Shown piece by piece: positions 1 through 13,685 of a DNA stretch of 64,000 nucleotides; the stretch's first letter is position 1; every line of letters starts with the position of its first letter. Below the pieces are notes generated by a model. The model was not told the DNA's origin, did no database searches, and saw only the letters and a program-made list of their open reading frames with translations. The DNA is from the human T2T-CHM13v2.0 reference genome, Homo sapiens, in assembly GCF_009914755.1 (NCBI RefSeq), contig NC_060929.1; one strand, given 5' to 3'. A program made the position numbers and the translations under genes.

Positions 1-130
1 CTAGAACTGCTTCATCTCATATAAATGAAACTTTATGCCAGTTGAATAGCAGCTCTCTATTTCCCCACCACCCCCATCCTCTGGCAACCCCATTCTACTC
101 TAAGCTTCTATGAGTTTGTATTTTTTAAAT
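1..130 (-). mobile_element. Old L1 (L1MA/MB-type) 3'UTR fragment, cut by window edge
   Basis: CTGGCAACCCCATTCTACTC...TTCTATGAGTTT resembles the antisense L1M 3'UTR. Confidence 0.6.
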
Positions 131-581
131 ATAAATCATAAATATAAATATCCTAATTCAAGCAAGCAGCTTATACAAATATTTGGACAGTATTTCTTAT
201 TTATATATGTCATATTTTGTTCCAGAAAGGATTGAAAGCAATGTACAACAACGCCTGCAATAAAACAAAATGCAGAATTAAAAATAAATTGATGAAGGTA
301 TTGGGACAATGGGGAAATGAGAGTAAGAAAGAGAAGATGAAGGCCGGAGTGGTCACATGGTACTGATAGTGCCAGAAGTTTATTTCTGTACATTTGCTAG
401 AAGGATTCAAATTTGGCTCTATGCTTTGGCCAACGCAAGAAAGAGCAACACAATCAATTATATGAATTACAGTGTCCAGGAAATAAAAATAAATTGTTTA
501 CCCAGAAGTAGGACCCCTGGTGCTGGAACTAAAACTAGAGAGAACTTTTTTCCACGGTCCTCATAAGAAGGACGCTGTGAC

Positions 582-901
582 GGCCGGGCGCAGTGGCTCA
601 CTCCTGTAATCCTAGTGCATGGAAGGCCAAGGCAGGTGGATCACGAGGTCAGGAGATCGAGAGCATCCTGGCTAACACAGTGAAACCCCGTCTCTACTAA
701 AAAATACGAAAAATTAGCCAGGCTTGGTGGCGAGCACCTGTAGTCCCAGCTACTCGGGAGGCTGAGGCAGAGAATGGCGTGAACCTGGGAGGCGGAGCTT
801 GCAGTGAGCCGAGATCACGCCACTGCACTCCAGCCTGGGCGACACAGCGAGAGTCTGTCTCAAAAAAAAAAAAAAAAAAAAAAAAAAAGAAGAAGAAGAA
901 G
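582..901 (+). mobile_element. AluY, full length, with A27-(GAA)n tail
   Basis: GGCCGGGCGCAGTGGCTCA start; Y diagnostics GAGATCGAG, GGCTAACAC, AGAATGGCGTGAACC, GGAGCTTGCAG; TSD AAGAAGGACRCTGTGMC at 565-581 and 902-918. Confidence 0.95.
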
Positions 902-924
902 AAGAAGGACACTGTGCCATGTGT

Positions 925-1099
925 CCCATATCCCCACCAACTGCATCAGAACCACCTCTAAGATTATTTGTAATACAGGTTCCCTTGACCCCTTGCCTAG
1001 AAATTCAGATTGAATAGGCTTGGTGTGGGCCTGAAAATCTGCGTTTTTTTCAAAGCAACTCAGTTGATGCTGATAAATGGGCAAATCTGAAAGCCACTG
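925..1099. mobile_element. MER5-type hAT-Charlie DNA transposon
   Basis: CTGCATCAGAACCACC...GGGCCTGAAAATCTGCGTTTT...GATGCTGAT...AAAGCCACTG pattern. Confidence 0.65.
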
Positions 1100-2655
1100 A
1101 TAATGAACATCCTTAGTGACTTCTTATAATAAAGACAACAATTGATGTGAAGGGATTGTTACAAATCTCTCATTGTGAACTGATGGCTTCAGACCAAAGT
1201 GCAATTCAGTAAGATCACTGGAGGATCTCAGCTGTCTCGGACTGTGGTCGTCCAGTGATTAGAGAAGTAACAGTTTCTAATTTGGGCGGAGGAGCATGGT
1301 GGGAGATTGGTGGGGGATGGCGTCAACAGTCAGAAGCCAAAAGATTAATCTCAGCCTCTATATTTAATTTGAGTTTGGGGGGACAAATAGTTCTCGTTTC
1401 CAGGCAACATCAAGTTCTCTTACATGCATATAGAAATAGATGCTTTTGGTAGTTTGTTTATTGGCTTATCTTTTGTCATGGTTCTTAGAAACAATTAACC
1501 AGCACTACCCCGCACTATGAATACTTAGAGAAATGGAAGCACTGGGTTAAAAAGGCAACCTAACTAAAATTATTGAGAATAATAATTTTTAAATTATTGA
1601 GAAAATAGTAAAAGAAGGTTCTTTAAATATCTCATCTTGTGTCATTTTGATTTATTAAAAGTATACTGATTATGAGACTACATTTTACAACAAAAGAAAA
1701 GGAAAAAATTGTAGATTCTCTGGACTTATTAAAAAATAATCCTGTGTCTATTTTCTCTAAATTTCAAATCCATGAAACATACCATTATAAATCTTTTTAA
1801 CCAAAAGGACTATTGCCATTGTCCCTAATTCCAGCTAATAAGTTATCCTGAAAAGCTGTCACTAAAACTTGAGAGCTGTGTTTTGATTTTAGACACCCTG
1901 TTGTTAATATCTAATAGTCGAACCTGATCAGATTGCCAGAGAAGGTTCTTTCAACAGCTGTGGCAGACCTGGCAACTCTGAAATTGGAAGATAAACAGTT
2001 TATTTTGACAAGCAGCTAATGATAGAAACTGCAACTGAAATGCATTCCTTATCCTTCAGGGAAGTAGTATTTTATTAAATGTACCAGTATCTCCCAAACA
2101 TACCCTAAAAGAATATAGTATTTTATTTGGAAACTTCTGTCTTCGAGAGCCTATTTGATTCTATCTTTGGCCTCAAAATGAAGTTGAGAGTCAAACTGAA
2201 GCAAATATCCAGATTTTAAAACTGCTCAAAGGTTTTAGAGCAAAGTGGTTTGCTGTTGTCATTCCAATCATTCCATTTCCTCCCTTCTTTGTGGTTGTGG
2301 ACAGAGTATATTTGCCTTCCACACAGATGCAAAAGAAGGCTTTATGCTTTATTTTATGTCCACCCTGTTATAATAGAAAGTGACAGCACTAAGTCCAGAT
2401 ATAATACATGAAATACATCAGTATTGATTCAAATAAGCAATTAAACCAGTCTAGAACCAGGTAGCAGAACTAGTCCTACCTTCTGACTCTCTTAGTTCTT
2501 GCACATATTAAATCTCAACTCACTCTAAAATGATATGAAGAGCAGTGCTTCAAGCTTGGTTGTTTTTAGAAAACTATCTGATTAAAGGAAGGTGCTATTG
2601 GTCAATCAAAGAAGTGCTTCTTTTTTTACTAAGCTCTTAGTTTGGGAAAGAACAC

Positions 2656-3034
2656 TGCTGTAGACTGAATCACGTCTGCTCCAAATTCATATGATGAAGG
2701 CCTAAAGCTCAGTGTGACTGTTTGGAGGTGGGGCCTATAAGGAGATAAATAAGGTAAAATAAGATCATAAGGGCAGGGCCCTGCTTCAATGAGATCCCAG
2801 TGTCCTTACAAGAAAAGAACTAGAGAGCTCAATTGCTCCCTCTCTCTGCTATGTGAGGACACGGTGAGACAGCAGCCATCTACAAGCCAGGAAATGGGCC
2901 CTCCCCAGAAAATGCATTGGTCAGCACTATGATCTCGGGCTTCCAAGCCTCTGGAATCATGAGAAATAAATTGCTCTTGTTTAAGCCACTTAATCTGCAG
3001 TATTTTGTTATAGCATCCCAAGTTGACTAAGCCA
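2656..3034 (+). mobile_element. MLT1A-type MaLR solo LTR
   Basis: TG...CA ends; TGTGAGGACACGGTGAGA, GAGAAATAAATTGCTCTTGTTTAAGCCAC; near-TSD AACAC/GACAC. Confidence 0.85.
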
Positions 3035-3619
3035 GACACACCTGTGGTGAGGGAGAAAGGACACTGTGTGCAACCTGCCCAAGGGCAGTGCAGCTGATGT
3101 CTCAAAAGCCCTACAATTTCAAAAGATTACTGAGACATGCCTGAAAAGCTATATGTATGTTGTCTGATGACTTATTTGAGGACCAAACGCATCCTGGCTG
3201 AACGGTTGGGCTCCTGTGTCAACTGATTCAGCCCCGCTTTCACGCTTTCACACATTGACTTCCTGTTGACTTCTCCAGTCTTTTAGCTGAATCTTACCAG
3301 TCAACTCTAGATTAACAAAATCTCCTCATCACTTCTTATGTTCTACCATGAAAGGATCACATTCTTTTTCTGGTTTTAGCCATAAATGTCTGTGTGACAG
3401 CCTGTTAGAGTCAGCATATGGGTTTACACTGAGGCTTTCCCTGAGAACTTACAAATACATTGAATAAAGTTGCTCTCTGAAAGTTAAAATTTAAACTCTA
3501 TACATATTAGGTCAGAGCAAAGATACATAAAATCACTCTGAAGAGACATGGGACATTCCCAAAACTGCAAGACTACCTGTAATCTGCTTGAAGGTTAGAG
3601 ACTACCAGTTTGCTACTCA

Positions 3620-4065
3620 GTCATCTCCTCTTTTTTTCTGGCATCAAAACTCAAATATTATTTGTTACCACAAATGTGCACAGCCAAAACATGGTATTTT
3701 CCAACCTCTCTCCTTGCCAGTAGTGGTCAATGAGAAATAAGTGAAAGTGATTGGCTGAGGGCTTCTAGGAAGTGCCTATAAAAGGAGCTGACTCAGCTGG
3801 AAGAAGTGCCCTTTCCCCCTTCTTCCTTCCTACTGCCTGGATTGCAGATGTGATGGCTAAAGCTCCAGCAATAATGCTGAACCACGAGGCAAACTTAAAT
3901 AGAAGCCAAGTGCTACCGACAGTGAAGTGGAAAGAAGCAGCTGATGACCAAGGAGCCTCCATGCCAATCCTGTACTTTTTCTTTTACACAAAATAAAAAT
4001 AAAAAATATTTAATCCACTATTATTTGAAGCTTTCTGTTGTATACATCCCACCTAATCGTAATAA
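3620..4065 (+). mobile_element. Old MaLR LTR (MLT1J/K/L-like)
   Basis: CTTCCTTCCTACTGCCTGGATTGCAGATGTGATGGCTAAAGCTCCAGCA motif and TTTAATCCACTATTATTT end. Confidence 0.65.
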
Positions 4066-4390
4066 TAAAATTGGGAACCTAAAACTTCTATGCCTGATAT
4101 ATGCTCCAAACAATGACAAGCATATGCCTTTATCCCCTCATACCCAGACCCTCTCAAATCCTAAATGGCTTTAGCTTTCCACCTTCCCTTATTCATACAA
4201 GAATCGATTAAGAAAAACTAACATTTAAATGTTATAATCAATAAACGATTTCCCCCTCACTGTTCATCTATAGCTTACTATGGAGAAACTTCCCTGGCCT
4301 ACCTGACAAGCTATTTTTATCTTAACCACATACTGCTATATGGCAAACATTTTTGTTTCTATTATAAAAATGATACATAGCACTCAGTAG

Positions 4391-4733
<343 letters not shown>

Positions 4734-5059
4734 CCATCCATGTATATTTTGTAAATGGATCTTGTAGAACTGTTTTTTGAAAAGTTGCCATGAAAATAAT
4801 GTTTTCTGGCATTTCAGGTTATTGTTTGTTTTATTATTTCACAATCATTTGAAGTAATACAGCACTGTTTCCAAATCAAACTACAAAAGCAACTCTATTG
4901 GAAGACAGTTGATACAGTAATATCCTGAATATTAGCAGTGTTGTAGGAAATCAAAGCAGTCCCATATGGGGTCAGTCAACAGCACATGGGATGGCCATGT
5001 TAACAACCAATTCAATAGATTCCAGAATCCCCACCATTTAGCATCTAGAGAGAGAGATA

Positions 5060-5195
5060 TTTATTCATTTATTCATTCACTCACTCACTCACTCAACAAA
5101 CACATCAAGCACTTCCATTTGCCAAACACTGACCTGGTCACTGGAGCAAGAGGAAAAGATACAATTCCTGCCGTGCAAGAACTCATAGTCTAGAC
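5060..5195 (-). mobile_element. L2 3' end fragment
   Basis: (ATTC)n/(ACTC)n tail followed by CAACAAACAC...CCTGCC...GAACTCATAGTCTAG. Confidence 0.6.
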
Positions 5196-5708
5196 ATGTC
5201 CATGTTTACATGCAAATAAACATACATATGAAAATAAACAAATATACTATGCTTCAAAATTGGTTACAATGCAGACGTGCACAAAAATTATTATAATACA
5301 GATATGCACATGAGACAGAAAACCGACTTACCTCAGGCGTAAGTCAGTCATTCAGAATTCCTGGAGGACAAATAATTGGCCCTACCTGGCTAGACCTATG
5401 CAGATGAGACCTGATTCAAAAATATCCTAAGGTAAAGAGAGGGAAAGATCTAGATCACCAGATTTGTACAAACCACTCCAACCGGATAAAAGAAAACACA
5501 AGCTACAGCAATTCCCATCATAAAACCATGTCAATAAAGGTGAGCACATTTATTCCTTTTAAGAACTCAGCTCTCTCCCACACCTCTGTGGTCTTCCATA
5601 GAGACATCCAAGGCAAAACACGTGACCAGCAGAGATGTCTCAGGAGGAACTGTTCCATTTCCCTCAGCAACAGATGATTCAGCTTTTTCCATGAAGCAAG
5701 AATGATTA

Positions 5709-6095
<387 letters not shown>

Positions 6096-6455
6096 CTATC
6101 CCAAACTTTGCCTACCTGCCACCTCTGTTCTCTTCATTTTTATTTTTTTCAAATAAAGGCAACTCAGCAATATTAAAACAGAAGTGGGCTGATGTACTGG
6201 CTTCCATGGGCTGCTGTCCTGCCTTACCATACTGGAGGACTGGTGCTGGAGAGTTTCCCACCTTATAGAGTGATCAAACCGCAGTAACCTGCACAAACTA
6301 CAGATTAGGGTTTGTCAGATTCAGCCATATTTACACAAGACCTGTGTTCTCTATCCAAGTGCTCTCACTTTCGAATCTACGTCATTAAAAATATTATACC
6401 TCAAATTAACTATTTGAGTTTTAATTAGGAAAAACATATTTCACAAAACATTTTA

Positions 6456-6552
6456 GGCTGGTCTGAGTGCAATGGTGTTTAAACTAATTGATCACAATGT
6501 TATGGATTTCTTTGTTCCTCCTCCACTCCCATTGCTTCACTTGACTAGCCTT
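6456..6552 (+). pseudogene. Y3 RNA (RNY3-derived) retropseudogene
   Basis: GGCTGGTCTGAGTGCAATGGTGTTTA-AACTAATTGATCACAA...TTTCTTTGTTCC...CTCCACTCCCATTGCTTCACTTGACTAGCCTT follows hY3 with about 10 differences; TSD-like AAAACATTTTA / AAAAAATTTTTA flanks. Confidence 0.92.
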
Positions 6553-6624
6553 CAAAAAATTTTTAGATAGAAATAGTATAATCACAGAAATGTTACTAGA
6601 ATTTGTGCTGTAAAATTCACTATG

Positions 6625-6780
6625 CTATTAGCTCCATGAGAGCTGGGGCCCATATCTGTTTTGATCAACACTGTACAGGCAGAACTTAGCAGAGGACCTC
6701 ATATGCAGTGACTACTTAATAAATATTTGTAACGGATAGACAGGGGAAGGGATGAATGGATGGATGAATGAAAGAATTTA
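6625..6780 (+). mobile_element. L2 3' end fragment
   Basis: AGCTCCATGAGAGCTGGG...CTTAATAAATATTTG then TGAA/TGGA tail. Confidence 0.6.
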
Positions 6781-7810
6781 TTGTATCAATTAATGATTGA
6801 TTTATGATTGAATGAGTGAATGATCAATTAATAACTCTGCTTCTGGAACCATTTAAAGACATATATAATAATTAAAACATCATAACTACTTCATAAAGGC
6901 AAGGATTGTGTTGGGCATAAAATAGAAATAATCTCATAATTATTTGATAATGCTTTGAGCTCCATGGTAGGAAAAAAGCACTATATAAACATTGAATATT
7001 ATTATTATTTATTTGAAAGTTTCAATGAGCCATCTTTTATATAAGACTTAGTAAGTATTGCCATTGCTTTCCAAGGAGGAAAAAAAAGGTTAAGAAAATG
7101 ATTAGTATGATTGGTCTGAAAGAGATTACTTTCAAAGTTACTTGTTTTGGCCTTGTCATCGTTGTCTAAATACTACAGTAGTTTAGTCAGCTTTTAGCAA
7201 TATTGAACTTTAAGCTGTTAATTACCTTATTAATTTTCCTAAAATGTTTGTCCTCTTCAGTTCATTGCATACTTAAAGGATTTAGAAATGTTAACATTTT
7301 CCAATTCTGTATAAAATTATACTTTCAAAGAAGTTTGGTGAATTTGCAGTGGTTATAATAATACCATCAGGGTCAGTAAATCTGAAGACAGGTATAAACC
7401 GCAAATCTTATAGATGGTGGTATTGATACAAGAGATGTCAGATAACTTACCTCTAGCCCAAATGGAACTCCCTGATGTTGTTTAGGAATTGGTTGTCAAG
7501 GGGATTGAAGTCTTGAACTCTGCAGAGAAATGGTGTTTTGACAGTTTTTCCCCTTCCTGGCACTGATAATCATTACTTCTCAATACCCACTTCCTTGCTA
7601 CCCCAAGTAGAATGCAATAGAAATATTTGAGGACAACAAGGTGTCTGTTTCACACTGAAGTAGTAGCCGAATAATCCCTAAAATAGAAAAATAATATTAG
7701 AAAAATAATCTCTAAATTTGAGGATTGGAATTGTGGTTGGAGATGTGGAAATTCAGAGAGGCAGAAGAAACAAGAGGCTGGGAGACCCCAGCCAAACACT
7801 TGGATGAGGC

Positions 7811-8640
7811 TATCTTGGTTTGGGCTCCCCCAAAAGCACATCCTGAGGTACAGATTTGGTGCAAAGAGTCTCATTGGAAGGCAACACCAGGAAACTGATA
7901 GGAAAGTAGGGAAGTGAGAAGGGAGAGAATAAAAAGCCAATAAAGCGTACATTTTCATGCATTTATCACTATGGGCAACTGGAACACAATCCCACTGGGA
8001 ACTCCAGGAGACAGTGTGGAACACTCCTCAGAGCTATTCCAAATGAGGGACTAGGAAGCTGCGATCCTTACCAACCAACCTCCCACCATCATTGCTTGAG
8101 AGCCACTCCAGGGTCATTAACTTTACAGCCCTTCCAGCTTGTCCTGCTCATGGGCTGTCATATGGTTTGGCTGTGTCCCCACCCAAATCTCATCTAGAAT
8201 TTTAGCTTTCATAATTCCCACATGTTGTGGTACAGACCCAGTGGGAGATGATTGAATCATACTGTTCTTGTCGTAGTGAGTAAGTCTCACGAGATCTGAT
8301 GGTTTTATAACGGGAAACCGCTTTTGCATGGTTCTCTTTTCTCTCTTGTCTGCCACCAGGTAAGATGTGCCGTTCACCTTCCACCATTATTGTGAGGCCT
8401 CCCCAGCCATGTGGAACTGTGAGTCCATTAAACCTCTTTTCCTTTATAAATTACCCAGTCTCGGGTATGTCTTCATCAGCAGCATGAAAATGGACTAATA
8501 CAGGCTGAATATACTCCCACAGCTAGGAAAAAAACACAAAACATTCTCAGACAGAGCTGCAGGTTTGTTTTTGGTTTTTTGTAGCAAGGAGTTTTTGTTG
8601 TGTAGGCAAGTGCCAGAGGCACCAATGGTATCTGTTACAG
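7811..8640 (-). mobile_element. LTR33-type ERVL LTR, interrupted by THE1
   Basis: TCTTGGTTTGGGCTCCCCCAAAAGCACATCCTGAG is the reverse of the LTR33 3' end; homologous to 24972-25440. Confidence 0.7.
8158..8502 (+). mobile_element. THE1 (THE1C-like) solo LTR
   Basis: ATATGGTTTGGCTGTGTCCCCACCCAAATCTC...GGACTAATACA; 5-bp TSD GGCTG at 8153-8157 and 8503-8507. Confidence 0.93.
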
Positions 8641-9009
8641 CTGCGTTGGAGGCACTCACTACTCCTTGACCATGTTTCCTACCAGAAAGGCTTGACTGCA
8701 TGACTAGCTCCCTCAGATGATAAATGAGTTGGCTATGAGACGTGAATGACTTACATGATTACATTTGCTACTTCCAGATAACACACTGGATTGTAACACA
8801 GTGAATCCAGGGCTGAGACTTTCAGGCACCGAACTGGTTCTGGAAAGGAGATTTTTAACACCCTGAAATCCTACCCTACAAGTAAGTTCAGCAAGTAGGC
8901 CCTATTTGAAATTCCAAGATACCTACCAGTCTCATGTGTATGTTCTATTGGTCATGCCCATTGACGGCTGTTTGCATCCAGTTTCCCCTCTGAGATCACA
9001 CACATTTCC

Positions 9010-9225
9010 TGCATGGTGCCAGATATTGGTTTAAGAATTTTACCTATCTTAACCCATTAAATCTACACAATGAGACCATGATGTGGGTGCTGTTACTATC
9101 TTCGCTTCATAGATGAGGTACAGAGAGATTGCTAACTTGTCCAAGGTCACACCGTGAGTAAATAGCAGAAGAGCATGGGTTCAAACTCAGGTAATCTGAC
9201 TCTAGAGCCTGCTTGTCCCATAACT
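9010..9225 (-). mobile_element. MIR
   Basis: AGATGAGG..CAGAGAG..AACTTGTCCAAGGTCACAC...TTCAAACTCAGG..TCTGACTCTAGAGCC core. Confidence 0.75.
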
Positions 9226-9514
9226 TCCTTCATGGGGTCTGGCAAGCACAAACTCATGCAGCTTTCCTCATATGAAGCAAGAGCCACAATTTACCCTAAG
9301 GAGATTCTTTCAGCCAATTATACCAACTATTTTAAAATCACCCCACTCCCCCACACCCCAACACATGCCTCAATAGCCCCTGTCTCCCCCTTGTACTGAA
9401 AGAACAGAAAATTCTACATCGCAGTAGCACATTGCTCCAGAGAATTCATGGAATAGATTCTAGAGAGTTCATACTAAAAACAGAGAAACAAATCAAGGTG
9501 CACCACCCCAGATG

Positions 9515-9705
9515 TAATGTGCAGAAAAGAGCACTGAACTCTGGAAATCAGTAAAATATGGGTTCTCGTCCCAAAAATGCTATTAGCTTTGCAACCTTGA
9601 CCAAGTCACTTCATTTCTCTGAGCTTCCATTTCTTCCCCTGCCACATAAGTGATTTGGACTAGACAAAATATAAAGTTCCTAGGAGCCCTAAAAATCCAT
9701 GATCT
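9515..9705 (+). mobile_element. MIR (MIR3/MIRb-like)
   Basis: AAAGAGCACTG...ACCTTGACCAAGTCACTTCATTTCTCTGAGCTTCCATTTC core. Confidence 0.7.
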
Positions 9706-10154
9706 TGGATTCAAAAATGTTTCTCATTAATTATGCTGCTGGATGGAGGCAACATCTTCCATTCCCCTTTTTTGAGCAATTGACAAAGCCCTGCCTTTGG
9801 AGTTCCCTCCTTTTCTGATGCCATATCATTTCCAAGCCACAGCCACAGATGGCTGTTGGATATAAGTACCAGAGACCAAATGCAAGAAGCAGAGCTCTAA
9901 AGAGCTAGTCAGCAACCACAGGAGGCTCCTTGTCCCAGTCTCAGTTTCACAGGTTTGGCATCCCCCAATTTTTCTTATATGAGGGGAGTACATGGAAAAA
10001 GTATCTCAGCAAAGTAATTTTTCTTTTTATAATAATATTTTTCGGTATCTAAGGAAACAGGAACCACTTGACAGGTCCTAAACAAACTCAGACCAAGCCT
10101 AAGTGAAATCAGAGTGTAAACCTTATATTAAACAGGCTGCCTCTTTTTGTAATT

Positions 10155-11345
10155 AAGCTTTTATTATGAAAAATTTTTAACATATGCTAAAGAGCTTACT
10201 CTCATGAGTCCCATGAACCAATTACCTAGCTTCAACAACTTTCAATTCATGGCCAACCTTGTTTCATCTCTACCCCACCCAGTCCCCTCAACTCTAGATT
10301 ATTTTGAAGCAAATCCCCACCGTTATGTCATGTCACCTGTAAATATTTACTATGTAGCTCTAAAAGACAAGAACTCTTTTTGAAAGCATAACCTTGATAT
10401 CATTACTGTGATTGTTTAATCTTATTTTGCATCTTTTCTAAAATTAACATTAGTTATTTGATATCAAACAATATTCAATGTCCAAGTTTCTCCAATTGTC
10501 TCGTTTTTTAAACAAGTAATGTATTCAATTCAGTATCCAAACGTGACCCATATATTGAAACGTATTAATGTGTCCCTTAAATCTCTTTGAATGTATAGGA
10601 TTTTTCTGACATCATTTTGTTTCCTTGTAATTTTGTCGTTGAAGAAACTGCCCATTTTTCCTGAAGGGTTTGCCAGAGTGGATTCTGAGTATTACATCTC
10701 CATGGTGTCATTTAAAATGTCACTCTCTCCATTCAATTTTCTGATAATTGGTAGTGAGTTCTAGAGGCTTGAGCAGATTAAGGTTCAGTTTGCGGGCAAG
10801 GTAAAGTTTGTATTTCTGTTACGAGTACATAATATCAGTGTCCTTTGGTGTGATGTTAGCAGCATTGATCACTGCCTAGATCCCTTAATTAATTCATTAG
10901 AATGGTCCTAGTTATTGGGTCAGTCATTGTTTCTAGGCCTCTTTTGGGGGTATAGCTAGGAAAGAAATTTTGGTTTTTTGTTTGTTTTTGTTTTGGGGAG
11001 CAGGTTGTTTGTTTTTTAAGAAAACATGTAAGTTCATACTGATTCTTCTTGTTGGAAATTGGGTCCACAGAATATTTGTCTAATTTCATTCTCACATTTA
11101 CATCTCCGTTCTCTCATGTTGAAATCCAAGCTCTTAAGGACAAAAAGCATAATTACTCATTTCTTTTTTCAGAAAATAATACGTAATGGTCTCACAATGA
11201 TGATATCAATACTATCACCGAAATATGATTACTGAAAACAGTTTAAGCACATTTTATTATTAGGGGAAGTTTGGTTTGTCTTGCAAGAATTTTTTTTCCT
11301 TTAGGGTATGTCCCATTAAGGATTTATAGACAAATTCCTGTGTCA
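10155..11345 (-). mobile_element. Old L1 (L1MC4/5-like) 3' region
   Basis: TCATGGCCAACCTTGTTTCATCT...GATTATTTTGAAGCAAATCCC motifs. Confidence 0.65.
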
Positions 11346-11618
11346 CTTAAGTTTCAAATCAAATCCACAAAACAAGAGCTATTCAGAGAACTACAGCTTT
11401 GATTAGTCTTTTTCCTTCCCTTTCCACTAGACAATTATGTTTTTACTTTATTAAAAGTTAATTTTATCCTCTTTAAAAATGTTATTAACATTTGTTTTTA
11501 ATTTAGCTTTCTTATATGATAGCATATTTAACATACTTTACCATCTTACTTTTTGTTCTTTTTCCTTTTTTTTCTTTTTGTTAATATTGTATTCTGAAGA
11601 TATAACTGTATAGCAGCA

Positions 11619-11822
11619 CAGTTGGCCTTTGAACAACACAGGTTTGAACTGAGCAGGTCCACTTATATGAAGATTTGTTTAAGTAAATGTGGATCAAAAA
11701 TACAGTATTCATGGGATGTACACCCTGACTTTTAGTATAGGTGGATTCCACAGGGGTGACTACAGAGGTAGGAAGAGGCAGGGTCCTGGAACCAATCCCC
11801 CATGTATATGGAGAGATGACTG
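11619..11822. mobile_element. MER8-like Tigger non-autonomous element
   Basis: CAGTTGGCC..TTGAACAACACAGGTTTGAACTG left end; GGAACCAATCCCC...GATGACTG right end. Confidence 0.75.
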
Positions 11823-12539
11823 TTCCTCATCCCTTTTTACAGCTACATGGTATGCAATGTATAGATGTATCAATAATTTATTCAACCAGTCCTCTGGTTG
11901 GATGGACGATTGGATTCATTCCAGTGTTTTTCAATCCCAGATAACGCTGCAATAAATATGATGTCTCATTTTTCTTTTTTTTTTTTTAAGTTTCACACAT
12001 AAAGAATTGGAAAAATTCTCCTCGCTTCAATTTTCATCGCTTTGTGCCTTCCATATCTTTGTGTCTCTACGTCTTGGTACAGATTCTGACAAAGAGTAGA
12101 TGCTCAATACATGTTTGCTGAGTAAAGAACTCAACCATTTATGTGTGCAATCTACAAGTAGACCAGTTAATTACATGAATGAAAATTTGAAAATGTTGGT
12201 GAGGTTAACGCAAATCTTATAACTTAGTGAATATTTTCTATACTCAAAGACTCATTTATCTATAAGGAAGGTAGCCTAATGTACTGTGAGTCCAAAAACT
12301 TCTCTGAGCTAATGCATTATGAAAATGCATTTTTAAAAGATACTCTCAGTGAAGCACAGAGTCTTGGGCTTCCTTTCTTGGCCAATTTTTTTACCAAGAG
12401 GTTGGAAGTGGTTGTAACCAGTATAAAAGAGAATAGAGTCTAGGTCTTAAGTGTTTGTTTCTCCGTAAGAATGTGGTAGGCACCACTGAAGGGTTAGTGA
12501 TGATGTGGTTCTCTTATGGAAGTCTGTACTACTTAGTGG

Positions 12540-12718
12540 CACTGTGATTGTTTCATTGTGCTATAATTCATTCATTTCTGTGAAGTCTATCTCCCCTGCT
12601 AGGATGTAAGCTTCATGGGCAGAGACCATGTCTATCTGTGTCTGATGTCCAAATGTCCCACACTGAACCTGGCACATGGTAGATACTCAATAAACATTTG
12701 CTGAATAAATTGATGAAT
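12540..12718 (+). mobile_element. L2 3' end
   Basis: TGTAAGCTTCATGGGCAGAGACCATGTC...CCTGGCACATGGTAGATACTCAATAAACATTTGCTGAAT. Confidence 0.8.
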
Positions 12719-12784
12719 CCAGGGTTTTCACAGGCAACACCTCTTTCCAGTGCAAATGAAAAAGTTACTGTGCAGCAAATCTGA

Positions 12785-13605
12785 CTTTAAACCTGTTTTA
12801 GCTGGAATCCCCTGACACCACTCCAGCAAGGGAAAAGGGGACACCACCTACCTCATTACTGCCAGATGGAAGCCAAAGTCCAGGTTTCCCACTCAGCCTC
12901 CATCAACACCCACAGGGAGAAAGTCCTTCATTACTGCTGGGAAGATGGGACAGTTCTGGCTCCCACTAGGTGCCTATGGGTACCTCCCAGAGTGGGAGTT
13001 TAGGAGTGCCTCATGACTGCTCCCCCATGCCCTCCAACAGCACCAACTGGGGACAGGCAGCTCACTACTACTCAGTGGGAATGAAGGTCCTAGCCCCCGG
13101 AAGAGAGATTGGGAAAGACTTATTACAGTCTGGATAGAAGTCTGGGATCCACCACGTGGTTTGTGCTGGCATGGTGAGGAGGAGGGTACACAGCTTTATG
13201 GTATTTGGCTGGAGTAGAGTGGTTATTGTCTAAAAGTTTTCTGCCTTGCGAGGCTTCTCTTTTCCTGGCCCTTTGAGTACAAAGATCAGGCTTTCATTGA
13301 GGTTTATTTTCTTTGTCCATGAACGTTCCTTTTTCCAGGTTGCCAGCTTCTGAAGCAATAAGTCTGGATCCATGCATAAAAAAGAAAACCTGCAGAACTC
13401 ACCGCTGAGCTCCTTAGGCCTCAAGGTCCTATCTAGTCTGCCTTCTTCTCTCCAACTTTTGGAGTCTTTTTATGTTTGTTTTTTATATAATATCCAGGGA
13501 AGGAAAAGAGAAAAGTATATCTTACTCCAGAAGAAATGAGGAAAAGTATATTTTCTCCAAAAGGAATAGGGAAAGCATCACTCCATCTTCCCAGAAGTTA
13601 AAGCC
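12785..13605 (-). mobile_element. Old L1 (L1MC-type) 5'UTR
   Basis: Repeated CCTCATTACTGC units; ends CTCCATCTTCCCAGAAG, like L1M 5' termini. Confidence 0.6.
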
Positions 13606-13685
13606 TGACATTGCATTTTTTAATCCCTCTTTTCTAACAGTGATGTGTTAGGCAATGTTTTGTCATTATGACATTGGGTATATCC

